A stretch of DNA of 64,000 bases from IMG/VR virus record IMGVR_UViG_3300037067_008637, positions 1-64,000 of that record; one strand, given 5' to 3'. The notes under the pieces are model-generated. The model was not told the DNA's origin. It saw only the letters and a list, made by a program, of their open reading frames with translations, and searched no databases. This document shows, one piece after another, positions 47,904-57,894 of this stretch. The translations under genes were made by a program, and so were the position numbers. Every line of letters starts with the position of its first letter. Position 1 is the first letter of the stretch. The stretch is from a virus (Duplodnaviria > Caudoviricetes).

Positions 47904-48338
47904 TCATTCTTGATCGAGTTGCTGTATCACATCGCTTAGCAATTTGTCTTTTTGCGCTTCTTCAATTAACGGCAGAATTTCATCAGAAAATCTAGATATC
48001 ACCGCATTGAGAAATTTATCTGAATATGAAAAGGTACTGTCGCTGAACCGAAAATACCCATTACTAGTTGAAGAGATAGATAACATTTTTTTCGGTGGTG
48101 AGGTTGATGTATTTATCACGTTCAATTCCTCATTGTTAGAAATTGTAACCGTAATAACATATTTCAGTTCAAACTCTTGTATGACTTGTTCTAGATTCTC
48201 TTTGAGTTTTTCTAATCTGACAAAAGATTTTGCCCTAATATCTAAGCGAATCTTCTGTTTGGCCATTGTTTTTTGAATAATTCTTTCAGAAATCGTTAAC
48301 TCTTCTTTATCATGATTGTTTTTGTTAAACCATCTCAT
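47904..48338 (-). CDS. Hypothetical protein
   Basis: 144 aa, AGGAG RBS. Confidence 0.55.
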   Translation of the reverse strand: MRWFNKNNHDKEELTISERIIQKTMAKQKIRLDIRAKSFVRLEKLKENLEQVIQEFELKYVITVTISNNEELNVINTSTSPPKKMLSISSTSNGYFRFSDSTFSYSDKFLNAVISRFSDEILPLIEEAQKDKLLSDVIQQLDQE

Positions 48339-48359
48339 AATTTTCTCCTGTTTTCAGTT

Positions 48360-48674
48360 TCAAAACGGGGACGGTCCATCATCTTCTTCCCCATGCGTAT
48401 GTTGTTGGGGAACCACACTATTTTCAGCCGCCTGATAGAATTCGATTAATATTTGACGAAGATAATAACAGCAAGAGAGTGTTAAATCTATCATCATATA
48501 AACAACCAAATTCACCAAGCCATATAGCATTACTACAGTCGCACCTAGGAATGCCAATTTAGAATGTTCCATAAGTGAAAATGCTGAGAATATATAACCT
48601 GTAATGAAGATAGATGCATATATAAGGATCTTTGATCCAACACTCTGTTTAACTTGCCCATTTTCATTTGCCAC
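48360..48674 (-). CDS. Hypothetical membrane protein
   Basis: Two hydrophobic helices. Confidence 0.55.
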   Translation of the reverse strand: MANENGQVKQSVGSKILIYASIFITGYIFSAFSLMEHSKLAFLGATVVMLYGLVNLVVYMMIDLTLSCCYYLRQILIEFYQAAENSVVPQQHTHGEEDDGPSPF

Positions 48675-48981
48675 TGTCTTCCATCTCCTTTTTATATAAT
48701 TGGAATGATTCTATTTTTCGAATGATACTATCATTATCATCCCTTGTAGTTAGATATCCAACGAAATTACTTGAATATGGATCACAATCCGCAAGTCTTA
48801 ATGAATGAGGCATTGCAGTTAATCCGACTACTTCTTGATAATGTTCAAGTCCGCCAGATGCTGTAATATCATACAGTGCCCAAACAAGAACATCCTGTAT
48901 TAGAGGTTCACCATCCATTGGATCTATAAACAATGCTCTTGTTCCTGGCAATGCTTGTACTACTTGCTTTAGCGTCTTCAT
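48664..48981 (-). CDS. Hypothetical protein
   Basis: 105 aa, overlapping its neighbours in an operon-like run. Confidence 0.55.
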   Translation of the reverse strand: MKTLKQVVQALPGTRALFIDPMDGEPLIQDVLVWALYDITASGGLEHYQEVVGLTAMPHSLRLADCDPYSSNFVGYLTTRDDNDSIIRKIESFQLYKKEMEDSGK

Positions 48982-49415
48982 ATCTTTCCTACTTCAACAG
49001 CTATATTCTTAGAAGATGCTTTCATTTCCTTAGAATATACTTCTGCTTTCTTATTAATGTTTTCAATTACTTGTCCAATAATTGCACCGGCTTGAACTCT
49101 TACATGTCTGGGCATAAATGTGATAGGTGAAAGAAGTCCGTACTTTCCTTTGTCTGAATCCTTTCCATTATCCGAAGATACTTCTCGACAAACAAGTTTC
49201 CAATCATTTTTCAATTTACAAAATCCAAACTTGTATTGCTTCTTATCAGGAGAACCGATTGTATCATTTGCCCAAGCAGTTACTCCTAAATTCATATTAG
49301 CCAATTTTTGTTCGATTTGTATAAATTCATTATTCAAAACTTCACTATTTACTTGAAGATCCTCAGCGATCTTTTCCAATCGTTCCTTGCTATCTCCTAA
49401 ACTAAATGAAAACAC
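48978..49415 (-). CDS. Hypothetical protein
   Basis: 145 aa, AAGGAG RBS before GTG. Confidence 0.55.
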   Translation of the reverse strand: MFSFSLGDSKERLEKIAEDLQVNSEVLNNEFIQIEQKLANMNLGVTAWANDTIGSPDKKQYKFGFCKLKNDWKLVCREVSSDNGKDSDKGKYGLLSPITFMPRHVRVQAGAIIGQVIENINKKAEVYSKEMKASSKNIAVEVGKI

Positions 49416-49426
49416 TTGACTTCTCC

Positions 49427-50389
49427 TTATTCATCCTCCGAAGCAAGCTGCGCCGCGGAGCAAATTGTAACAGCGATCTCTCCGCCGTCTTCACCCTTAA
49501 TTGGTACACTAGCATTCAATCGAATGACTACAGAGGGAACATCCTCACTACGTCTATGAAACACTTCCGACTGAATTTCTTCAACTTCACCGCACAAGAA
49601 ATTAAGAAATGCTTGGATATTAAACGGAGCAATCAGATTGTTAATACTTGTGTCATCCAACTCATCATCCAATTCAGTCAACAGAATTTCAGTACTCTTT
49701 GTACTATCCAACGCCTGAATTTGAAAGCACGCCTTGTCTCCATTAAATAGAATTCTCAATACAGGAGACGCTAATACCTTAGCATAGGTGAGCAACCGAG
49801 AAAGAATGATCTTATCAAACTTGTAAGAAAACACTCGGCGAGAACTATCTAATGCAATTCGCGTATCCATCGACGTATCAGACATCCACTCATTATTCTG
49901 CTGAATGTACTCTTGAACTGGCATACTCAATTTGATCTTAGTAAGTGAATCCCTAAACACATATCCATCTGGACATATATCAAGAAACACATTTACACAC
50001 TGTTTCTTAAATGGCTCAAGCAATTCCAATTTGGACTCAAGTCCACTAATCAACATACTAGCGTTGCCAAGAATCGGAGTAAGATCTGCAATAAATACCA
50101 TAGACTTCTTATCATTTAATTGACAAATCTTTCCTTCTTTAATCGTCAGATCCGTACAACTTCCATTTCCTTTTACAATCTTCAAAATGGTTAAGAACGT
50201 GGAAAAACGTTCTTTATCAAGCGTGATTGTTCTGGTGTCATTTGAATTAATAACGGTTTGAACAGGAACCAACTCTTCGGCTTCATATGTCGAAGTTTCT
50301 GCTGCATCTGGATCAAACATACTTTCATCAAACAGATTTTCAGAATCTTCCAATCCTACTAACTCATCAAGATTTTCATTGTCTGGCAT
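49427..50389 (-). CDS. Putative DNA sliding clamp (T4 gp45-like)
   Basis: ISGLESKLELLEPF..YVFRDSLTKIKL..FSYKFDKIILSRLLTYAKVLASPVLRI parallels gp45 IYDLNGFLGILSL..IKIADARSTI..IKAEDLQQLLRVSRGL; replication context. Confidence 0.5.
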   Translation of the reverse strand: MPDNENLDELVGLEDSENLFDESMFDPDAAETSTYEAEELVPVQTVINSNDTRTITLDKERFSTFLTILKIVKGNGSCTDLTIKEGKICQLNDKKSMVFIADLTPILGNASMLISGLESKLELLEPFKKQCVNVFLDICPDGYVFRDSLTKIKLSMPVQEYIQQNNEWMSDTSMDTRIALDSSRRVFSYKFDKIILSRLLTYAKVLASPVLRILFNGDKACFQIQALDSTKSTEILLTELDDELDDTSINNLIAPFNIQAFLNFLCGEVEEIQSEVFHRRSEDVPSVVIRLNASVPIKGEDGGEIAVTICSAAQLASEDE

Positions 50390-50404
50390 GTAATGTCTCC
50401 TCGG

Positions 50405-51139
50405 TTAATACCCAACTATATTCAGCAACCACACTGGTTTTTGATCATTGTCATATACTCTCTTTATATCATATCTTCCATTGAAAACTTTGTCAACATT
50501 TGTTAGAATCATTGATTCCAAAGGAAGCCATTCTTCCGCACCTATTTTTCGCCAAGAAATATTTCTAATTTCAGATTGAGTTGCTGTTAATTGAATTGGA
50601 AGTTTTTCTCTAGAAATATGTTCGGCCGCAGATGCTTCTGCTTTAAGAATTTCAAGTACGGAAAGATATTCAGATGCAATATTGCAAAAATCTGAAATTT
50701 CCCCTTGGTTTAAATCACAAGTAGCAAACGCGGTATCGGTTTCCCACACAGAAATCCTACCAATGATTACACCAAGATACTCCAATGATTTACAAAACTT
50801 CTTCAATAGAAAATAACACATGTTTTCTGCAGTCGGATTATCGGACACTGCATAAGCTCTATTACCTTTTAACCAACCCAACTTTACAACATCCAGATCC
50901 GATTGATTGTATATTAGAGCATGATCCCAATTTTCATCAATCCATGTTCCAAGAGTTTTCTTAATTACACTGAAATCAACTAGACGTCCTACTGAATCTA
51001 ATTTCGGTCCAAATGCAGTTACTTCAACCACATAGGAGTGGCCATGAATACTACTGCATCTTCCTTCATGCCCAACCAAACGATGGGCACACTCAAATTT
51101 AAGTTGTTTTGTACAAGATATTGTCATATTAGACATCAT
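50405..51139 (-). CDS. queD: 6-carboxy-5,6,7,8-tetrahydropterin synthase with a C-terminal extension
   Basis: FECAHRL..C..IHGHSY, VDFS, WDH, NPTAEN, VWET. Confidence 0.9.
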   Translation of the reverse strand: MMSNMTISCTKQLKFECAHRLVGHEGRCSSIHGHSYVVEVTAFGPKLDSVGRLVDFSVIKKTLGTWIDENWDHALIYNQSDLDVVKLGWLKGNRAYAVSDNPTAENMCYFLLKKFCKSLEYLGVIIGRISVWETDTAFATCDLNQGEISDFCNIASEYLSVLEILKAEASAAEHISREKLPIQLTATQSEIRNISWRKIGAEEWLPLESMILTNVDKVFNGRYDIKRVYDNDQKPVWLLNIVGY

Positions 51140-51151
51140 AACATTACATCC

Positions 51152-52576
51152 TCATTTACCTTTGTGAACTTTGATTTCCCATCCTTTTGTTTCATAGAAT
51201 TCCATACGCTTTAAAGCAGATCGCTCGAACCATGTACTAGGTGTTCTTGCTCCATCTATCCAAACATCCACAGAAGGACCGTCTGTATCAACTACATCAA
51301 TTACAATTGGCTGGCTTTTCCCTTGTAATTCTCGTAAGATTCTACCGACAGCTTGCTCTGGATTACTAGTAGGTGTAGCCATTACCAAAACATCCAAATC
51401 TTTCCGATTGTTACCATCTCGACATGCTCCATATGTCGAAAATACAACTTGTTTGGTTTTGAATGCTTCGGTTAAATCCCTAGTATCAGATAGAGCATCC
51501 ACTTGCTTAAAATATTCTTTGACAATTGCGCCCGGTATAAAAATACCAACGTGCTCGGGAGGAAGATCGCATTCCTTTGCTAATCTCAATAGAGGTTTAA
51601 TCTCTTTCCCAAGAACTAATACAACTCTTCCTGCTTTATATGCTTTCACAATCCAAGTGGATAAGGTTGTATGATACTTATCACATTTCAATACCATCTT
51701 GTGATATCTGGCTAGACTGAAATTACCACCCCATGACAAATATTGCCTATGCTTTTTGTAAATTCCAAATGGAAAATATACCATGTGAACAGCCGGATTA
51801 AGCAATTCGTTTTTCTCAGGGGGAAAGTAAGTTACTTCTCCTACATGCTTTACCAATATATCATTCATTCCGTCACTTCTAGAAGGCGTTGCACTTAATC
51901 CATATGTTCGTTTCGCATTCACAAACAATGAGGCTTTGGAAAATTTAGTGGGCCCAACGACTGCATGAATTTCATCTACCAGCATTATCCCAATTTTCGC
52001 CTTAGCTAATGTCTTTAAAAACTCCACATTTCTCTTCTTAACGGCATTGGCTATAACATGAGGAGTAGATAGAATGATCTTCTTTTTCAAACATTCTTTA
52101 TAATTGTCCGAACTCAATCTTCCTATATCTTCCTCTTTTAAATTGGTAAACTGAAGAAATTCTGCTTTCCATCCATCTTCAAGAAGCTTATCCTTGTGTG
52201 CAAATATAATTGCTCTCTTCTTTACAGTAGCAATCGTTGCAACAGCAATAACGGTTTTACCACTACCCGGTTCCAATCTCAATATTCCCTTAAGATTGTT
52301 TACTAGAAAATCAATTGATTTCTGTTGACGTTCATTTCTGGGAACTACTGTATGTTCTATCTCTATATCTTCACCTTCAGATGACTTATCTATTATCTCA
52401 TCGTTTACTGGATAATATCGGGGAATAAGAATTCCCGTTTTGAGTTCCTCATAGAATACGAGATTCTCCGTGCCACCATCCCATGTGGAAACATAACGAT
52501 TTAGATCCTGCTTAATCGCATCATATTCTGGATGATCATTAGGAACCATTATTCCGGAAGTTTTAACCAGCGACAT
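51152..52576 (-). CDS. Superfamily 2 DNA helicase (UvsW/A18-like)
   Basis: PGSGKT, DEIH, LSATP, QAVGRILR. Confidence 0.9.
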   Translation of the reverse strand: MSLVKTSGIMVPNDHPEYDAIKQDLNRYVSTWDGGTENLVFYEELKTGILIPRYYPVNDEIIDKSSEGEDIEIEHTVVPRNERQQKSIDFLVNNLKGILRLEPGSGKTVIAVATIATVKKRAIIFAHKDKLLEDGWKAEFLQFTNLKEEDIGRLSSDNYKECLKKKIILSTPHVIANAVKKRNVEFLKTLAKAKIGIMLVDEIHAVVGPTKFSKASLFVNAKRTYGLSATPSRSDGMNDILVKHVGEVTYFPPEKNELLNPAVHMVYFPFGIYKKHRQYLSWGGNFSLARYHKMVLKCDKYHTTLSTWIVKAYKAGRVVLVLGKEIKPLLRLAKECDLPPEHVGIFIPGAIVKEYFKQVDALSDTRDLTEAFKTKQVVFSTYGACRDGNNRKDLDVLVMATPTSNPEQAVGRILRELQGKSQPIVIDVVDTDGPSVDVWIDGARTPSTWFERSALKRMEFYETKGWEIKVHKGK

Positions 52577-52579
52577 ATA

Positions 52580-52960
52580 TTAGGTATCCATGCAACCAAA
52601 AACAATGTGAGGAGTTGAAGTAACAGAAGGAAGTAAATCGGTTAGGTGTTTTTTCCAACTGGATATTCCAGAAGGTATAACATCCGATTTATCTACAATA
52701 CAATCATCTTGATTCATTACTCCAACACCAATAACAACAAAGCTTTCTCCACGAATCGCATATATACCTCTTGGAAGATCTGGAAGCATGAATCTTCCGT
52801 ATTTGTCTTTTCTGTTTTCCCATTCTCCCTTAGAAGAAATTCCTAATGCATTCCATATATCTGCCTGAGCATCATCCCATTTGTATATAGGAAGTTTCCA
52901 TCCATATATGACAAAGGATGTAGAACTGCTATTGCTAACAAAACCTTGTCTGAATTTCAT
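52580..52960 (-). CDS. SNSS-motif family protein (isolated copy)
   Basis: Begins MKFRQGFVSNSSSTSFVIYGW. Confidence 0.75.
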   Translation of the reverse strand: MKFRQGFVSNSSSTSFVIYGWKLPIYKWDDAQADIWNALGISSKGEWENRKDKYGRFMLPDLPRGIYAIRGESFVVIGVGVMNQDDCIVDKSDVIPSGISSWKKHLTDLLPSVTSTPHIVFGCMDT

Positions 52961-52971
52961 TTACAATCTCC

Positions 52972-53145
52972 TTAATAGTCAATTTCATCTATACGGTAAT
53001 CTGTAACCGTCTGTGCTTCATCTATTGCGTCTAACAAATTATCAGCTTCCAATTCTACATCACGCTGTTCTCTACTATGGTATGATACATAACTCACATG
53101 AAACAATCCGGTTTGATCGTCTAAATACACAGTTGCTGGTTTCAT
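52972..53145 (-). CDS. 57-aa acidic hypothetical protein (not in ORF track)
   Basis: MKPATVYLDDQTGLFHVSY...RIDEIDY*; ATGA overlap with the topoisomerase A stop; fills the gap. Confidence 0.6.
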   Translation of the reverse strand: MKPATVYLDDQTGLFHVSYVSYHSREQRDVELEADNLLDAIDEAQTVTDYRIDEIDY

Positions 53146-54479
53146 AACTTAGCCAAAAGCTCCTTGTAACTGTCAGTTGTAACAGTATTGATATTTCCTA
53201 ATTGTGTAGTGTAATCTGCAATCTTTTGTTTAGCATCTGTAATATCCGTATTTACAGTGAGCAGTTTACGAATTTTGTATTTGTCAACAACATCGCGAAC
53301 TTGTTCTTCTTTTAGCTTAGCACAATTGGCTAACCCTACTATTATTTTGTCCACATCAGGTATTGACAGAAATTTGGGAAGGTGGGGTTTAATTGCTGCA
53401 ATAACGGATAGTTCATCTACAACATCTTGAGTTTCTTGAATTTTTCGAGTCGCGTGGGCAGAAATAACTTTTTGATAAAACAGATAAGTATTCATTAACA
53501 TATCATCGACACAAGTATTGACAATGTTGTCTTTTTCATCTACCACATAAATATCATACGTAATAGATCCTTGCAATCTATCTTCGACTGCTTCAACCAA
53601 TTTGTCAAATATATCTTGTCGATTTCTTGCTCTGGATACTTCAAATCTTATCTTTGTTCCTACTGACGCACTCGACTCATCTAAGAAAGTAACGTCTCCC
53701 TTACTAATAAGATCCCATTGCTTGTATGTGTCAATTCGATTAAACAGATTATCAAATGTAGTCTTTGGGGACCAACCATGAATATAAACACGGAAGTTTG
53801 TTTTGTCTACACTGTAAGTCCCCATTAGATCAACTTTACATTTTCCAGGAGTAGTTAGTAAGGTTTTCAAAGTTTCCTTATCAGAGGTGATTGTACAACC
53901 CTGAATATTTGGAACAATGACTGGTTCCTTTTTCTTTTCTCCAAGAAGAAACAACAATCGAGTGATTAAGTCTGATAACTTATAATTTGGAATTTCTGTC
54001 TTGAATCCAAATCCAATCATGCTCATCCCATACATGAGAAATAAACAAAATGGAATCATAGTAGGTAACACTACAGGCTCGGGATCCAATTCATCAGATT
54101 CCCAAGGAACATCCTTAATATATTTGAATGCCAATTCCTCAACAAAAGGATGCATCTTCAATCCTGTGTAGCGAGGAGCGGCGCAAGACATCGTGCATGA
54201 ACCAATTCTAACACCCCAATTTCCTTTACCGACAATCAAAGCATTATGTACCAATAGTTCAGCAGTGCCTTGAATTGCTTCGGAATGTGGATGCCAATGT
54301 CCAATTACATATCCAAATATTTGAGCCGACTTTTTGAATTCACTTTTTGCAATGACATGTGTACCTAAAAGGATTCTTCTCCAAACAGGAACAAGTCCAT
54401 CTAACATATGGGGAAACATTTTTCGGCGGCATACATAATCTCCATATGTTTTGTATAACTGAGGAATCAATGTTTGCAT
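53142..54479 (-). CDS. Type IIA topoisomerase subunit A (gp52/GyrA/ParC-like, no CTD pinwheel)
   Basis: DGLVPVWRRIL, HPHS, GKGNWG, catalytic AAPRYT; likely start 54479. Confidence 0.9.
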   Translation of the reverse strand: MQTLIPQLYKTYGDYVCRRKMFPHMLDGLVPVWRRILLGTHVIAKSEFKKSAQIFGYVIGHWHPHSEAIQGTAELLVHNALIVGKGNWGVRIGSCTMSCAAPRYTGLKMHPFVEELAFKYIKDVPWESDELDPEPVVLPTMIPFCLFLMYGMSMIGFGFKTEIPNYKLSDLITRLLFLLGEKKKEPVIVPNIQGCTITSDKETLKTLLTTPGKCKVDLMGTYSVDKTNFRVYIHGWSPKTTFDNLFNRIDTYKQWDLISKGDVTFLDESSASVGTKIRFEVSRARNRQDIFDKLVEAVEDRLQGSITYDIYVVDEKDNIVNTCVDDMLMNTYLFYQKVISAHATRKIQETQDVVDELSVIAAIKPHLPKFLSIPDVDKIIVGLANCAKLKEEQVRDVVDKYKIRKLLTVNTDITDAKQKIADYTTQLGNINTVTTDSYKELLAKL

Positions 54480-54495
54480 ATCACTTCCTTTTGTC

Positions 54496-56298
54496 TCAAG
54501 ACAATGTCCATTCACCCATTACAAGTTGCTTTCTCGCTTCTGCGCTGGACATTAAATCAAAGAGTTTTTCTTTATGTTCTTCACACCATTGGACTTGAAT
54601 CAATCTGCGGGTACTGTTATCCATGGCTACATATTTCAAATCATTAGCATCAAACTCCCCAAGTCCTTTAAATCTCATTAAGGTATACTTAGAATTTCTG
54701 ATGTCATCAATTTCTTTTTGTGTCCAAAGTGGTATGAATTTTTTATCTTTCTTGTACCCATACAACGGAGTGCTGCATACATACAATCGTCCTGCCTTAA
54801 CCACAGGAGGCATTTTGTAAGCGAACAGTGTTATTAGTAGAGATGTAATCCAATGTCCTGCAGGATCCGCATCCGCTGCTAATATGATTTTACTATATCT
54901 TAGATTACGAACATCACACTGAGCTTCAATTCCACAACCGCATGCAATGATTATATCTTTCAATTCTTTATTTGTATGAAAATCCTTTTTGGTTATCGCA
55001 TTGGGAATAACGCCTTGCAATCCAAGAATCGCGTGGACCTTTGGATCGCGAGCCATTACCAAATTGCCACCAGCAGAATCTCCTTCACAAATAATAAGCT
55101 CTCCACCTATCTCTGTACAATCGTGCAGTTTAGTCAGTGTTGTCATTCCTCTCTTTTTAGAAGAAGTACTTTTCACACCGACTAAAGACTTATTAGTAAT
55201 TGCTGCTCTGTAATTATGAAATCTCTCTAAAAGCTCATCTAATTCTTCTTTGTGTTCTTTGAAATATGCTATCAATTTAGTTTTGAAACTATCTAACATA
55301 GCCAAATCAGATCTAGAAGAAAGACGATCTTTTACTTGTTCTGCAAATGCTGCTGATACGATTCTCAAATCAATATATAAACGAAGTCCGGTAAGAGAAT
55401 CGTTTGCTTGAAATGTGAAACTTTTTCCGGCTGCATCTTGAAAGAATTCTCTAATTACTTTTAACACATGATTGATGTGAGCACCGGATTCCACACGGCA
55501 AAGATTGACAGTTGTAAAACATTTTTGAGACGCAGGAGGTTTATCATCCCATGCCACACGAATGTCATACCCTTCTTGCCCTTTGGTTTCTGTAAACTTT
55601 AACCAAGTAACGCCATTCCCGATGTAATTTAAAATCAAATCATCTACGCTTCCTTCAATTACTCTATCCTCTCCATCTACTCGAAACACAACTTTGAGCT
55701 TAGGAAAGTTAGCGACAGCAATACGTAGGCGTTCCTCAATTCGTTTGAGATCCACTTTTGTATCTGTGAAATATTTGGTAGACGGTTTGACTTCTATTTT
55801 TGTTGAGAACGGCTTCTTGTCTTTGTGAACTTCTTCTGTTCTGTCAATTGACCCATCATGCTTAAACATATACATTGCATGCTTATTATCTCGAAAGATA
55901 TCAACATTCATATATTCGCTTAATGCATATACCGCACTCAATCCAACTCCATGTAATCCTACAGCAATACCATATGCGTTATCTGAGCCTTTCTGAAATT
56001 TACCAGAAGTGAACAGTTTTGTGCAAGCCATGATAGGAGGATCTTTATCGAGTGGAAGAGATTGATCAAATGGAAACCCGCGACCATTGTCTAATACCTT
56101 AAAATTCTTTTCTTTGGTGTCAACAAACACACCAACGATTGTAGCGAAATTGTTTTGAACTTCATCTAATGAATTATCCAATACTTCTTCAAGAAGTCTT
56201 GTTGCTGTTTCTGCATCTCCTACATACATTCCACTGTGTTTACGCAGATGATCAATTTCACTCATCTGCACAATTGATGACGCATCATAATGTGCCAT
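54496..56298 (-). CDS. Type IIA topoisomerase subunit B (GyrB/ParE-like)
   Basis: EVLDNSLDE, DNGRG, GLHGVG, EGDSAGG, DADPAG, RFKGLGE. Confidence 0.93.
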   Translation of the reverse strand: MAHYDASSIVQMSEIDHLRKHSGMYVGDAETATRLLEEVLDNSLDEVQNNFATIVGVFVDTKEKNFKVLDNGRGFPFDQSLPLDKDPPIMACTKLFTSGKFQKGSDNAYGIAVGLHGVGLSAVYALSEYMNVDIFRDNKHAMYMFKHDGSIDRTEEVHKDKKPFSTKIEVKPSTKYFTDTKVDLKRIEERLRIAVANFPKLKVVFRVDGEDRVIEGSVDDLILNYIGNGVTWLKFTETKGQEGYDIRVAWDDKPPASQKCFTTVNLCRVESGAHINHVLKVIREFFQDAAGKSFTFQANDSLTGLRLYIDLRIVSAAFAEQVKDRLSSRSDLAMLDSFKTKLIAYFKEHKEELDELLERFHNYRAAITNKSLVGVKSTSSKKRGMTTLTKLHDCTEIGGELIICEGDSAGGNLVMARDPKVHAILGLQGVIPNAITKKDFHTNKELKDIIIACGCGIEAQCDVRNLRYSKIILAADADPAGHWITSLLITLFAYKMPPVVKAGRLYVCSTPLYGYKKDKKFIPLWTQKEIDDIRNSKYTLMRFKGLGEFDANDLKYVAMDNSTRRLIQVQWCEEHKEKLFDLMSSAEARKQLVMGEWTLS

Positions 56299-56322
56299 AG
56301 ATCCTCCTAGGCGGCGATGTGA

Positions 56323-56682
56323 CTACATAATTTCTTTGCAATTATGATTTTGTAGTTTTTTGAAAAACTCTTCTTCCGATAAGTTACCATATTTCATTTC
56401 AGCTTTAGCTAAAATAACGATTAAATCCATTCCCGTTCTTTCTGTAAAACTTGTACAGGACCAATATCCAAATGGGCAACCATGTCCTAAAATATATTTG
56501 ATTCCTAAACGAATTCTTTCCCATAGAGTACGACTTACCGGCAATTGAACTTCCATCCACAATCCTAATTCTTCGTCCTCTTGACTAGTATCATTCGGAT
56601 TGTAGACAAATCTGATAACGTGTTCCGCACAATCGCAGACACAATCAACATAATATTTCTCAAATGGTTTTAATTGGCTCAT
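56323..56682 (-). CDS. Hypothetical protein
   Basis: 119 aa with CxCxC..H. Confidence 0.55.
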   Translation of the reverse strand: MSQLKPFEKYYVDCVCDCAEHVIRFVYNPNDTSQEDEELGLWMEVQLPVSRTLWERIRLGIKYILGHGCPFGYWSCTSFTERTGMDLIVILAKAEMKYGNLSEEEFFKKLQNHNCKEIM

Positions 56683-56704
56683 GTCTTTTCCTTAATTGTT
56701 TGTA

Positions 56705-57577
56705 TTATTCTTCACCCTGAAGAAATCCAAAATCCATATCTTCTGGATCCGTAATTGTCTGCACATCTGCTTTCTTCTGTGTTGCTTTCTCTGTTTTCTT
56801 TGGCGGCTCGGCAAGAACATCCTCAAATGGATCTTCTTCGGATGCCGGTTGTCTCTTTGTAGTTTTTTGGGTTGTCGAGGTTGATGCCACTGAAGACGAA
56901 AAATCTGCATCAACATCATTTAGAAAATCATCATCACTTTTCACTGTAGTTGGTGTTGACTGCCCTTGCGATTTGGGACCACCATTATTCGTCTTAGCTT
57001 CTCCATCATCCATAAAGGATTGTCTAATGGACTTCAATACTCCATCATATAACATTTTGTGATAGGGAAGATTTGTGAAGGTATGCCTAACCATTTGCTT
57101 AAATAGTTCGAGCTCTCCATTCTCTGTCCTGAAGATATAGTTTTGAGCTTTACCTTGATGCAATATAGAAAAACGAAGAGTCTTTGGTTGTGTTGCAGTT
57201 TTGGATTTATCATCCACACAATCCAAAACCAACAACTTTCCATCACTCCTCATCAACGCTAAACGCTTCTTATACTTTTCATCTTTTGCATTGGGATCTT
57301 CAAATGTTCCATCCAATAGTTTATTCCAAGCACCCATGATCTTAAAGCAATCATACGCACTAATGGATGATACCATTTGATTATCATAATCATATCTCTT
57401 CTCACCTTCTTTTGCAAATCCAGTAGATGCATCAGGAAAAGGTGGAGTCCAAAACAACTGAAGAGTACCCTTGGTAATGGAAAGAGTCATCCCGAAAGAT
57501 GCCATTTTGGGTTTGTAAAAAGTCAACGAATCCATGTTGCCTTTTATTTTAGCGGCCAATTGATTAATATCAGTCAT
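56705..57577 (-). CDS. Possible single-stranded DNA-binding protein
   Basis: Globular N-domain plus a flexible acidic tail (DDDFL, EDPF, DMDFGF); replication cluster; inference only. Confidence 0.35.
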   Translation of the reverse strand: MTDINQLAAKIKGNMDSLTFYKPKMASFGMTLSITKGTLQLFWTPPFPDASTGFAKEGEKRYDYDNQMVSSISAYDCFKIMGAWNKLLDGTFEDPNAKDEKYKKRLALMRSDGKLLVLDCVDDKSKTATQPKTLRFSILHQGKAQNYIFRTENGELELFKQMVRHTFTNLPYHKMLYDGVLKSIRQSFMDDGEAKTNNGGPKSQGQSTPTTVKSDDDFLNDVDADFSSSVASTSTTQKTTKRQPASEEDPFEDVLAEPPKKTEKATQKKADVQTITDPEDMDFGFLQGEE

Positions 57578-57887
57578 CTGTAATCACCTCGTTTTTATAA
57601 GACTTTTTGTCAATAGCTGTTTCATACCCCATCAAGTTATCCTTTCTGATACGATCCAAAAAATCCTTTTGATCTACTAGTTCAAATGTCTTTTTGAAAA
57701 CATTAACCATCCACGTTAAATCCTCTATTAGAGGATCATCTTGAAGAACCACATAGAAAATACCTGTATGATCTTCCTCTTCTGGATGATAGACTTTTAG
57801 ATCAAAATGAAAATCCTTTAGATGTTTCAGAAAGGATTCAAACTTGATGAGTCTTACTGCATCATAACATGTAGGATGTTTAAGCAT
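57570..57887 (-). CDS. Hypothetical protein
   Basis: 105-aa ORF in a same-strand run. Confidence 0.5.
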   Translation of the reverse strand: MLKHPTCYDAVRLIKFESFLKHLKDFHFDLKVYHPEEEDHTGIFYVVLQDDPLIEDLTWMVNVFKKTFELVDQKDFLDRIRKDNLMGYETAIDKKSYKNEVITDD

Positions 57888-57894
57888 GTGACTA

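Noticed and set aside
53142-56298. Calling the topoisomerase genes bacterial gyrA/gyrB (host contamination)
   Set aside because: The A subunit is short and lacks the C-terminal pinwheel, and the context is phage-like, so it fits a phage type IIA topoisomerase
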